A stretch of DNA of 53,221 nt from a virus (taxonomy: Duplodnaviria; Caudoviricetes): IMG/VR virus record IMGVR_UViG_3300007734_000725, positions 1 to 53,221 of that record; one strand, written 5' to 3'. A program made the translations under genes and the position numbers. The notes under the pieces were generated by a model. The model searched no databases and was not told the DNA's origin. It worked only from the letters and a program-made list of their open reading frames with translations. The stretch's first letter is position 1. Each line of letters begins with the position of its first letter. Shown in pieces: positions 1 through 7,440 of this stretch.

Positions 1-1
1 A

Positions 2-142
2 GGTGAGATGCGGCAAATCGACAGGCTTGCTGGCAAAGGCGCCATCACTGAGAAGAACGCCGATGCACAGCGCGAACTTCAGCAGATTAAGAAGCAGCGT
101 CTAAGGGAAGGTCTAACTGTTGAGGGGGAGAAACGGAAATAG
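2..142 (+). CDS. 3' end of a + strand gene running in from outside the window (possibly the tail of the giant ORF that starts at 51331)
   Basis: Open frame GEMRQIDRLAGKGAITEKNADAQRELQQIKKQRLREGLTVEGEKRK* from base 2 to TAG at 140-142; converges on and overlaps the leftward operon. Confidence 0.55.
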   Translation, partial: GEMRQIDRLAGKGAITEKNADAQRELQQIKKQRLREGLTVEGEKRK

Positions 143-389
143 TTTTCTGATCCCTAACCCAGATGGCAATACTAGCCGCCGTGTCTCCGGGCATGGCGGC
201 TACTTTTATTGCGATCTCATTTAAGGTATTGTTGCGTGTGTCGGTGGCCAATTCAATGAGGCATTCGATTGCATCGGCCGCCATCTTGGGATTGGTCTTA
301 ACAAAATCTTCGGTCCAGATTTTTTCCAATCGTGCGGGACAGTCACGACCTTCGTTGCAATTGTGATTGCATGGTGGGCAAGTCTTCAT
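87..389 (-). CDS. hypothetical protein with N-terminal Cys cluster (CPPCNHNCNEGRDCP)
   Basis: ATG at 389 with GAGG RBS; overlaps the stop of the upstream small ORF. Confidence 0.6.
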   Translation of the reverse strand: MKTCPPCNHNCNEGRDCPARLEKIWTEDFVKTNPKMAADAIECLIELATDTRNNTLNEIAIKVAAMPGDTAASIAIWVRDQKTISVSPPQQLDLPLDAAS

Positions 390-475
390 GTGATCCTCTG
401 TACAAGTAATATGATCGAAGTCCAAAAGCCAATCAAAGCGGCCAGCATTATTAACCAAATAAATCCTGATCTCAT
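386..475 (-). CDS. small membrane peptide (29 aa)
   Basis: Manual translation MRSGFIWLIMLAALIGFWTSIILLVQRIT*; ATGA coupling at both ends; GGAGG RBS. Confidence 0.5.
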   Translation of the reverse strand: MRSGFIWLIMLAALIGFWTSIILLVQRIT

Positions 476-651
476 TGTGCCCTCCTCCACTGTGTGCGCG
501 GCACGTCGGGTTGTTGCGCACGCGTTGAATAAAAATGAATCAAGTAATCAAGCACTTGGTTGTACGTCATCTTGATCCCCAAGTCTGCAGAAAGTTTTTC
601 ACGCATGTCCGCAAGATCTTCGGACACCGTTATCGTAATTCGTTTGTTCAT
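472..651 (-). CDS. small putative DNA-binding protein (ribbon-helix-helix-like, 59 aa)
   Basis: Manual translation MNKRITITVSEDLADMREKLSADLGIKMTYNQVLDYLIHFY...; alternating strand then two helices; ATGA coupled to 648..1130. Confidence 0.55.
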   Translation of the reverse strand: MNKRITITVSEDLADMREKLSADLGIKMTYNQVLDYLIHFYSTRAQQPDVPRTQWRRAQ

Positions 652-1130
652 GCTGCCACCGTTAGTTTAACAATCGGCCGGGCTTTGCCACCCCGGATTT
701 CTTTTTCAATAAGATCTAACGCCCGCTCTATGTCAAGCACGGTAGCTGCATCAAGCTGGGCGTCGTGTATTTCCATGGCCAATTTAAGCGCTACCATTTC
801 AGGGCCCCTGCAAATAAAGTGCTCGGTTGCTACGCCTCTCTGGGCTACGGCAAGCAGCGCGTCCTGCGCCTGTTGAATTTCTTTAACCCAGTCTGCGCCC
901 ATGTCCTCGCGAAGACGGGCAAGCGCCTCAACCATATTGAACGCGCCGATTAAAAAATCAATATGCGTTTTGCTTGCGTTGCCTGTGCAAAGAAGATTCA
1001 GCGCTGTGTGATTTTTAATTCGCAAGTCCAACGCTATGTCTACGTCGTCAAACTTCTTAATGCCTGACATGACATAAGCCATGGTGTCAACACGCACGCC
1101 CTTGGGCCTGTACTTGCTGCGCTTTCTCAT
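648..1130 (-). CDS. hypothetical phage protein
   Basis: 160-aa ORF coupled to the polymerase stop. Confidence 0.75.
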   Translation of the reverse strand: MRKRSKYRPKGVRVDTMAYVMSGIKKFDDVDIALDLRIKNHTALNLLCTGNASKTHIDFLIGAFNMVEALARLREDMGADWVKEIQQAQDALLAVAQRGVATEHFICRGPEMVALKLAMEIHDAQLDAATVLDIERALDLIEKEIRGGKARPIVKLTVAA

Positions 1131-3154
1131 CAGTCAATCTCCTTCATGTAGTAATTGGTTTCAAAGCCGTCGCCGCGCAACGGCAAGCCGGGTGCCCATG
1201 CAATGGCTTTGCCCATAATTGTTTCCGCTATTTTTAAAGTATGGGATTCGGCCCAGCTTACTTCCATGATGACCTCGTCGTGCACCGTGGCCAGTTGTGG
1301 GTAGCCGTACCAGTCCAACGCCAGCATCGACTCGGCCAAACAATCGCGTGCCACTGCTTGCGTGATGTTCTCCACCAGCTTGCCGCCGTACGTAGACAGG
1401 CGCGTCCACTGTTTGGTCTTCTGGTCCTGACCTTCGTATGTCAGTGATCCCGCTCTGGCCGCAATGAACTTGCCGCCCGAGCTGGTCTCTCGCACAAGGT
1501 CCTCAACCTCAATGCGTGGCTTGACGTAAAACAGCTTGCGCTTGCTTGGCAGTTGGATCGTAAGGAACCCGGACTCAAAGGCAAACACCAGTGATGCTTT
1601 CTTGCCAGCAATCCAAAGGGTGACGGCCTTCTTATTCAGCACCGCCTCTTTGGCTGCGCGTTCGCACGCATACCAGAACTGGACGATCTCCGGGTTGGCT
1701 GCACGCCACGCGTCTTTGATAGGCTCAAGCTCATCCTCTGTAAGCCCCATCTCTAACGCGCCCATTGTCTTGAGTGCGCCGGCTCCGCCTTGGTATCCCA
1801 AAGCCAGCTCAGAGATCTTGCCCTTCTGTCGGTACGGACTTTTCTTCGTGACGCTGCCGGCCGGCAAGTTAAACATTTGCTCAGCCGACGCTTCGTAGAT
1901 CTTGCCGTGTGTGGCGAACACATCCAGCCGCCACTGGCACCATGCCATCCAAGCGATCACACGGGCCTCAATGGCGCTGAAGTCGACGATGATGTACCTG
2001 CACCCCTCCCGCGCAACGAACGCCGTCCTAATGAGCTGTGACAGCGTGTCAGGTACATTCCCAAACAGCAGCTCAAGTGTTTCGTAGTCGCGTGCCTTCA
2101 ACAAGTTACGGGCTAAGTCAATGTCGCGCAATTTGTTTTGCGGTAGGTTCTGCACCTGCACCAGACGACCAGCCCATCGACCAGTGCGGTTTGCGCCGTA
2201 GAACTGGGTCAAGCCTTTGACCGCGTCGTCGGTGTCGCACATGGCACGGGCCATGGCGTGGTACTTGGACACGCTGGTCTTGGCCATCTCTTGGCGCAGC
2301 TCCAGCACACGGCGCACCGTCGCACTGTCCGTAGATTCAAGAACCTTGGGCACGCTCTTTTTGGTCAGGTCGATGATCGTGTCGTCGTCCTCCTCGGTCT
2401 GCAACCACTTAAGCAATTGGTCCCGTGAATTGGGGTTGTCTAAACCTGTGAGGGTGATGGCCTCTGCGGTCATCCGCGCTTTGAAAATGTTGTCGCACTC
2501 AATGGCTGCGTTGACCAACTCGCGGTCAACCATCACGCCCTTGTTCATCATGCGTTGATCAAGGTGCCACAACTTCCACTCTTTGTCGGGCACTGGAAAC
2601 TTTGCAATCTTCGTCGCGATCTCGCGCTCTGACTCAACGTCACGCGCACAGTATTCTTTAAACAGCGCCCACTTGTCTGGGTCGTGGTGCCACAAGTTGC
2701 GCACGCGGCCGCCGTTCTTCAATGTCGGTTTGCATGGCAGGCAGAAGTAGCGGATCAGGGCCCAGCCCGATACCAGCTTTTGCTTGTCGGCGCCAAGGCC
2801 TAACACCTTGCCCACGTCACCGAGGCTGCCGGGCAGGCCAAGGTACAACGCATGCACGCTGGTGCAACGCCACTGGGTTTCATCCATTTGTTTTTTAAAA
2901 TGCTTGGTCAAGCAGGCCATCTCAAACGCTGCGTTGTAAGCGGCCTTGTTAACGCTCGGGTCCCACAGGCTACGCTCTACGTGCTGGGGAATCTGCTCGC
3001 CTGCTGCCAAGTCGATAACGTTGACGTCGCTGTCGCCAAACGTATAGGCAAACAACATCACTTCGAAGTTGTCCGACTCGACGTACTTATGCACGCCGCA
3101 CTTTTTCAAGTCGACATCGCTGTACGTCTCAAGGTCAATTCGTAGGGTTGTCAT
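1130..3154 (-). CDS. DNA polymerase, family A (APSE-like), with 3'-5' exonuclease domain
   Basis: ExoI IDLETYS; RTGRWAG; motif A DFSAIEARV; motif B RQKGKISELALGY; ENITQAVARD; motif C TVHDEV. Confidence 0.95.
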   Translation of the reverse strand: MTTLRIDLETYSDVDLKKCGVHKYVESDNFEVMLFAYTFGDSDVNVIDLAAGEQIPQHVERSLWDPSVNKAAYNAAFEMACLTKHFKKQMDETQWRCTSVHALYLGLPGSLGDVGKVLGLGADKQKLVSGWALIRYFCLPCKPTLKNGGRVRNLWHHDPDKWALFKEYCARDVESEREIATKIAKFPVPDKEWKLWHLDQRMMNKGVMVDRELVNAAIECDNIFKARMTAEAITLTGLDNPNSRDQLLKWLQTEEDDDTIIDLTKKSVPKVLESTDSATVRRVLELRQEMAKTSVSKYHAMARAMCDTDDAVKGLTQFYGANRTGRWAGRLVQVQNLPQNKLRDIDLARNLLKARDYETLELLFGNVPDTLSQLIRTAFVAREGCRYIIVDFSAIEARVIAWMAWCQWRLDVFATHGKIYEASAEQMFNLPAGSVTKKSPYRQKGKISELALGYQGGAGALKTMGALEMGLTEDELEPIKDAWRAANPEIVQFWYACERAAKEAVLNKKAVTLWIAGKKASLVFAFESGFLTIQLPSKRKLFYVKPRIEVEDLVRETSSGGKFIAARAGSLTYEGQDQKTKQWTRLSTYGGKLVENITQAVARDCLAESMLALDWYGYPQLATVHDEVIMEVSWAESHTLKIAETIMGKAIAWAPGLPLRGDGFETNYYMKEID

Positions 3155-3242
3155 CTAATTGTTCCAGAAGTAATTGGATCAGGTGCTCGTAATGACGCAC
3201 CAAGATCCAAAGCTCTTCGTTAGTTAGTGGCTTCTGCGCCAT
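3135..3242 (-). CDS. small hypothetical protein (35 aa)
   Basis: MAQKPLTNEELWILVRHYEHLIQLLLEQLDDNPTN fills the gap in the operon. Confidence 0.4.
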   Translation of the reverse strand: MAQKPLTNEELWILVRHYEHLIQLLLEQLDDNPTN

Positions 3243-3417
3243 CTGGTTCTGCTGCTTTTTGCAGCTCGTCCATTTGAAGCATTGCTTGACCACGAATCTC
3301 CATGAAGAGATCCGCAACCTGCTCGTGAGGCAGCTTTGCCAATGCGGCCAACACCAGCTCAACGCCGGCGGGGACCATCTTGATTGTCAAGACAGGGGGT
3401 TTAACTTGCTCGGTCAT
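3220..3417 (-). CDS. hypothetical protein
   Basis: 65-aa ORF coupled to the SSB stop. Confidence 0.65.
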   Translation of the reverse strand: MTEQVKPPVLTIKMVPAGVELVLAALAKLPHEQVADLFMEIRGQAMLQMDELQKAAEPDGAEATN

Positions 3418-3956
3418 GATAGGAAGTCGTCCTCAACAGCAGTGAAATCGTCGGACGCATTAGATGCGCCAGCGCCGCCCAGTGGTTCGCCTTCGGCCAG
3501 CTTCTGCACGTTGTTCAAATAAAACTTGATGCCCTTGTTACCGTCGACGTTGTACGCCGCAGGCATGATGGACACACGACCGTAGCAACCACTGTACAAC
3601 TCTGACTTGTCGATGATGTCATTCATCTTCGCGTCAACAACGCTGGGTTTGTTGTACGTGTTGGCGTTGATGAAGTAGTGACCCTTGTACTCAGGGTACT
3701 TGTCGGTGTCACGCTCTGTATCACCGTCACGCAAAGGCGTTTTGAAACTGGCCAAGAACTTAGAACCCCAAATGGTTACGGCCTTGGCATCGGTCTTGAA
3801 CTTGTCAACAGCGCTGTTGATTTTGGTCAACGTCTCTTTGTCTTTCTTGTCAACCAAGATCATGATTGAATAAGAATTCTTTTCATCAGGTGTGAAAACG
3901 TTCTTGGTGAAAGAGAGGCGAACTTTGCCTGTGATAACTTTGTAGTCGGTAGTCAT
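3414..3956 (-). CDS. single-stranded DNA-binding protein, DUF2815 / T7 gp2.5-like
   Basis: TGKVRLSF, PLRDGD, YSGCYGRV, GNKGI..YLNNVQKL..GEPLGG; acidic C-terminal tail. Confidence 0.9.
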   Translation of the reverse strand: MTTDYKVITGKVRLSFTKNVFTPDEKNSYSIMILVDKKDKETLTKINSAVDKFKTDAKAVTIWGSKFLASFKTPLRDGDTERDTDKYPEYKGHYFINANTYNKPSVVDAKMNDIIDKSELYSGCYGRVSIMPAAYNVDGNKGIKFYLNNVQKLAEGEPLGGAGASNASDDFTAVEDDFLS

Positions 3957-3965
3957 GTTTGTCCT

Positions 3966-5138
3966 TTAGACTGGTTTAGAAAAATCATCTAGTGCGGATG
4001 CACGAGATGTAAGTGCTGGCCTCTTGTCCCCTTCGGGTACCAGCGTTGGTTTGCCTTCAGGCTTGGTGATCAGATCACCCAGCACGTCAGCAAATTTCTT
4101 TTTGCCGATCGCCTTCTCCATGGCAGTGATGCCAAGCAGGCTGCGCTCGTATGCAATCTCATCAGGGACCTCGGCTTCACGCAGCGCTTTGGCCACGGCG
4201 TCTTGGTCACTGTACTTGCGATTGCTCCTGCCCTCGACCAGCTTGTAGCCGGGGACCGTCGTACCTTTCTCGGCCTGCTTAAGTGCATGTGCCTTCAGGT
4301 CTGTGAACCAATCGATCACAGCGTCTGCACTGGGCAGCAGCTCGGCGATGCGGTCCACCGTTAATGTGTCCACCGCCGGTGGCAGCGAACTGAACTCTTG
4401 TCTGGCCACAGCAAGCGCGCCCTCTGCACGTGCAGGGCATGTGTACCTAGCTTTGCAAAAGTTGCTTGTGCAATGAGGCCCGGGGACAAACGTGCCCTCG
4501 CCATCCCAAGCCAGCTTGGCTGCCGGCACAACGGCCTCGTCTGCCCACTTAAGCAAGTCGGCTATCGAAAGCTCTTCGCTACTGTAGTTGCCAAGGCGTG
4601 GCTGGAGTACGGTCATGCGCACGCTTTGTATATCGTACAAGTCAGACAATTCGTTGTATGCACCGAGGCCATACAAACGCATTTGACTGTTGCTCTTCGC
4701 GTCAACGAAGATGCCCTTGCCATACTTCAAATCTAGCACCTCAACAAGCTCGTCAGTGATGATCACAAAGTCACCAGTGCCGAAACCTTCTGGCACCCAG
4801 CGGCTGAAGTCAAGCCTGCGCTCAACGTAGAACACCGGGTCCTTGCACCTAGCACGCGCCGCTTCAATGCGCTTGATGCAGTAGTCAACCGACTCGCGCA
4901 CGTAGTCGACAAGCGCTGGCGAATCAAAGTGCATCAGCTCGTTTGGCAAAGGCTCGACCTCGCGGCCAAGGTAGTGCAGCAGCTCCTGCTCAAACACTGC
5001 GTGGGCAAACGTACCTTCGCGGGCAAACTCGCTGCCCTCGTCTGGGAACGCTTCTTCCATGCGCGCGCTTGGCGTGCAGGTCATCCACTTCTCACTGCCC
5101 GATGCGGACAGTTTGGCGTGTGCTAGTTCGATGGTCAT
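3966..5138 (-). CDS. DUF2800 Cas4-like PD-(D/E)XK exonuclease
   Basis: HAKLSASGS..W..C, EGTFAH, GFGTGD, DLKYGKG, QMRLY, CxxxxC/CPAR cysteines, GYKLVEGRSNR. Confidence 0.9.
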   Translation of the reverse strand: MTIELAHAKLSASGSEKWMTCTPSARMEEAFPDEGSEFAREGTFAHAVFEQELLHYLGREVEPLPNELMHFDSPALVDYVRESVDYCIKRIEAARARCKDPVFYVERRLDFSRWVPEGFGTGDFVIITDELVEVLDLKYGKGIFVDAKSNSQMRLYGLGAYNELSDLYDIQSVRMTVLQPRLGNYSSEELSIADLLKWADEAVVPAAKLAWDGEGTFVPGPHCTSNFCKARYTCPARAEGALAVARQEFSSLPPAVDTLTVDRIAELLPSADAVIDWFTDLKAHALKQAEKGTTVPGYKLVEGRSNRKYSDQDAVAKALREAEVPDEIAYERSLLGITAMEKAIGKKKFADVLGDLITKPEGKPTLVPEGDKRPALTSRASALDDFSKPV

Positions 5139-5365
5139 AGCTCGGCGCCCGGCAAAATGATGCGGCTTGGTTCTTCAACTGGGTCCGGCGTCTGCGACCA
5201 CTTGACCGCGTCGGCCATGATTTTTGCAATGTTGTCTTGCATGTACAGGCCAATGATTTCCGCTGTAGTAAATACCAGCTTGTCCTCAGTCATGAAAGGC
5301 TCAACGCTGCCATGAACCATGACCTCGTCTTCCTTGTCCTCAATGATGATCGTTACTTTTGACAT
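5135..5365 (-). CDS. hypothetical protein
   Basis: 76-aa ORF coupled to both neighbours. Confidence 0.65.
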   Translation of the reverse strand: MSKVTIIIEDKEDEVMVHGSVEPFMTEDKLVFTTAEIIGLYMQDNIAKIMADAVKWSQTPDPVEEPSRIILPGAEL

Positions 5366-6003
5366 TACTTTTTCTCCTCTATGTCATAAAACCAATCGTC
5401 TCCGGCAGCCCACTTGCGCGTGCCGTCAACGGTCCACAATCTTTGCGCTGCTTGAAAGTCTGGAAACTTTGTCTCAGCAGGAATCAAAGACTGGTCGTAC
5501 CACAGGCAACGGTTGTTTGGCTGTGCAGCAAACTGGCCGTTGTCTAGCTGGATAAAGTTAAAGCTCTTGTGCTCTTCAGCCGTCTCGGTGAACCCAGTGT
5601 CCAATGACATTTCATCAGCGCAGAAGTCGACAGTAAACATGTATCGACCAAAGTGCCACTGCTTGTCTTTGCCCAAGAACTTCACGCCCAAGTTACGCAA
5701 ACCAATCTTCTCAACGATTGTGAATCGATAGCCCATACAGTCCCACAATTGCAACGTGTCAATCGGCAAGTAAGGGCCCTGTGAATCCTCTGTGTGCCAA
5801 ACGTACGCATGCAGAGGCAGCTTGTCATACAGCGCGCCGTAGGCAGGCAGCAGCGACTCAATGCGGAACACTTGGCCACGCAAGGCTTTGAGGCTGACCC
5901 AGATGGCCGGCTCCAACTCGCCGTGACCTTTGTGGTCGTTGTACAAAAACTCGCGCTTCACAAAGCACTTGATCGGCGGCAGTGATGCAATGATGTAACT
6001 CAT
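5365..6003 (-). CDS. conserved phage hypothetical protein
   Basis: 212 aa; GALYDKLP, LQLWDC, EHKS, DNGQFAAQPNNR motifs recalled from aquatic phage proteins. Confidence 0.75.
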   Translation of the reverse strand: MSYIIASLPPIKCFVKREFLYNDHKGHGELEPAIWVSLKALRGQVFRIESLLPAYGALYDKLPLHAYVWHTEDSQGPYLPIDTLQLWDCMGYRFTIVEKIGLRNLGVKFLGKDKQWHFGRYMFTVDFCADEMSLDTGFTETAEEHKSFNFIQLDNGQFAAQPNNRCLWYDQSLIPAETKFPDFQAAQRLWTVDGTRKWAAGDDWFYDIEEKK

Positions 6004-6092
6004 TTGATGCTCCTCATAAAGACGTTACACCTAGCGCATTTGTAAATTGGTTGACCCTCGACGGGCTCCCAGCGATGTTGGCACTCGGTCAT
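6000..6092 (-). CDS. small zinc-ribbon-like protein (30 aa)
   Basis: Manual translation MTECQHRWEPVEGQPIYKCARCNVFMRSIK*; CxH...CxxC; GGAGG RBS; ATGA coupling. Confidence 0.5.
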   Translation of the reverse strand: MTECQHRWEPVEGQPIYKCARCNVFMRSIK

Positions 6093-6093
6093 G

Positions 6094-6441
6094 TTACGCG
6101 GCCTCCATGTTGCCCAGCAACTCAGCGTAACGCTCGGGCGGCACTGCGCTCAGGTTGGCACAGCCAACAGTCTCAAACAAATCTTTGAGTGGCTTGCCCT
6201 TTTCTTTGTAGGCCACCAGCTTGGCGCGCACTTCCTCAAGCGTGATGGTTGGCGCAGCAGGGGGTGCCTCTGGCTCAGCAGCAGCGGGGGTCGGCGCAGC
6301 CTTGGCTGCCTTTGGCTTCTTGGCCGGCGCATCTTCTTTGGCCACTGGCTCAGCGTCGCTTGCTTCTAAGAGCTTGGTCATAGCCCAAGCCAAGATCTGA
6401 ACGTGGTCTGCGTTCTGGGGTTGAATGGTAATCGTGATCAT
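6094..6441 (-). CDS. hypothetical protein with Pro/Ala-rich linker
   Basis: 115 aa; C-terminal TLEEVRAKL...LSAVPPERYAELL typical of genes upstream of DUF2800. Confidence 0.75.
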   Translation of the reverse strand: MITITIQPQNADHVQILAWAMTKLLEASDAEPVAKEDAPAKKPKAAKAAPTPAAAEPEAPPAAPTITLEEVRAKLVAYKEKGKPLKDLFETVGCANLSAVPPERYAELLGNMEAA

Positions 6442-6455
6442 TTAAAAACTCCTTG

Positions 6456-6677
6456 TTAAACGGGGGTGTTGGAATCGTCGGCCTTGTTGGCTTCAACAAG
6501 GTAAGCGGCCAAGCGCTTGATGCGATCAAGGTGGTATGCTGAAATTCGGCTTGCGTATTCAGCCGTGCTTTGCGATCTAAGTAATTCGCGACGGGCTTCT
6601 TCAAGCTCGCGTGCAGCAAGCTCTATTGCGGTAGGTGTCTTGAAGAAACTCAAGAACCCTTGGAAGATGTCATTCAT
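6456..6677 (-). CDS. hypothetical protein, first gene of the leftward replication operon
   Basis: 73-aa ORF with AAAGGA RBS. Confidence 0.7.
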   Translation of the reverse strand: MNDIFQGFLSFFKTPTAIELAARELEEARRELLRSQSTAEYASRISAYHLDRIKRLAAYLVEANKADDSNTPV

Positions 6678-6709
6678 GGTTTAGTCCTTTAGGTTGGTTT
6701 AGAGCGGTG

Positions 6710-6780
6710 ATGATAGCACTGCTTTCATTGCTTTTGTAAAAATAAATTTATTGCATGTTACATGTAAACAACGCTATCAT
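6710..6780. promoter_or_regulatory. divergent sigma70-like promoters
   Basis: Rightward TTGCAT(6751)-18 nt-TATCAT(6775); leftward extended -10 TGcTATCAT (6718-6710) with TTTACA/TTACAA upstream; AT-rich centre. Confidence 0.65.
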
Positions 6781-6788
6781 GGCAGCCC

Positions 6789-7010
6789 ATGACTACAAGT
6801 GAAATCATTAGCCGCTTTGGCGGCCCCGTTAACCTGTCCCACTACCTTGGCATACGCTCTCAAGCCGTGTCACTGTGGGCCAGCAAAGATCGCATACCCA
6901 TGGCACGCGTGCCTGAAATGGTACGCATCTCACGCCTGCTGCGACTTGGCCTGCGTGCTGAAGACATGAGGCCAGACATTGATTGGGACGCTCTCAAGGG
7001 GCGCCGGTGA
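6789..7010 (+). CDS. Cro/YdaS-like HTH transcriptional regulator
   Basis: FGGPVNLSHYLGIRSQAVSLW helix-turn-helix and C-terminal MRPDIDW. Confidence 0.85.
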   Translation: MTTSEIISRFGGPVNLSHYLGIRSQAVSLWASKDRIPMARVPEMVRISRLLRLGLRAEDMRPDIDWDALKGRR

Positions 7011-7201
7011 TAGAACTTAGATTAGCCTTGTCCCTTCAAGCGATGCGTGCGATTGCTGAAGGGGCGGAGCTGGTGTTTGACGTGGACGAAGAAGGTGTGC
7101 GCGTGTTCATCTCGTGTGACGACGAAGCGGTTAACGCTTTTAACACACAGGTGCAGCGTGCTCTCCTGCACATGTTGCCTATCAGCGGCATGCCAAATTA
7201 A
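7007..7201 (+). CDS. hypothetical protein
   Basis: GTG start overlapping the Cro-like stop (GTGA). Confidence 0.55.
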   Translation: MIELRLALSLQAMRAIAEGAELVFDVDEEGVRVFISCDDEAVNAFNTQVQRALLHMLPISGMPN

Positions 7202-7242
7202 ACCGATCCGGCCGGATGCCGGTGTTGTATTTAGGAGACGAT

Positions 7243-7440
7243 ATGAATTCTCGATCAGAGTATTTCAAAGATCTTATTGCCGACTGCATTCACGCGGTTG
7301 ATCAAATGGAAATCAACGAGGAGCACCAAGGCGTTGTGATTGCAGCGCTGATCCAGTCCGACAGCTACAACGGCCTGCGCAAAGCGATGCTGCAAGCGAT
7401 GAGCCCCACGTTTGTGATGCAGAGGGGTGATCGGTCATGA
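7243..7440 (+). CDS. hypothetical protein
   Basis: ATG at 7243 with AGGAG RBS; coupled to the primase start. Confidence 0.65.
   Translation: MNSRSEYFKDLIADCIHAVDQMEINEEHQGVVIAALIQSDSYNGLRKAMLQAMSPTFVMQRGDRS

Noticed and set aside
6456-6677. CI repressor divergent from the Cro-like gene
   Set aside because: No HTH or S24 peptidase features
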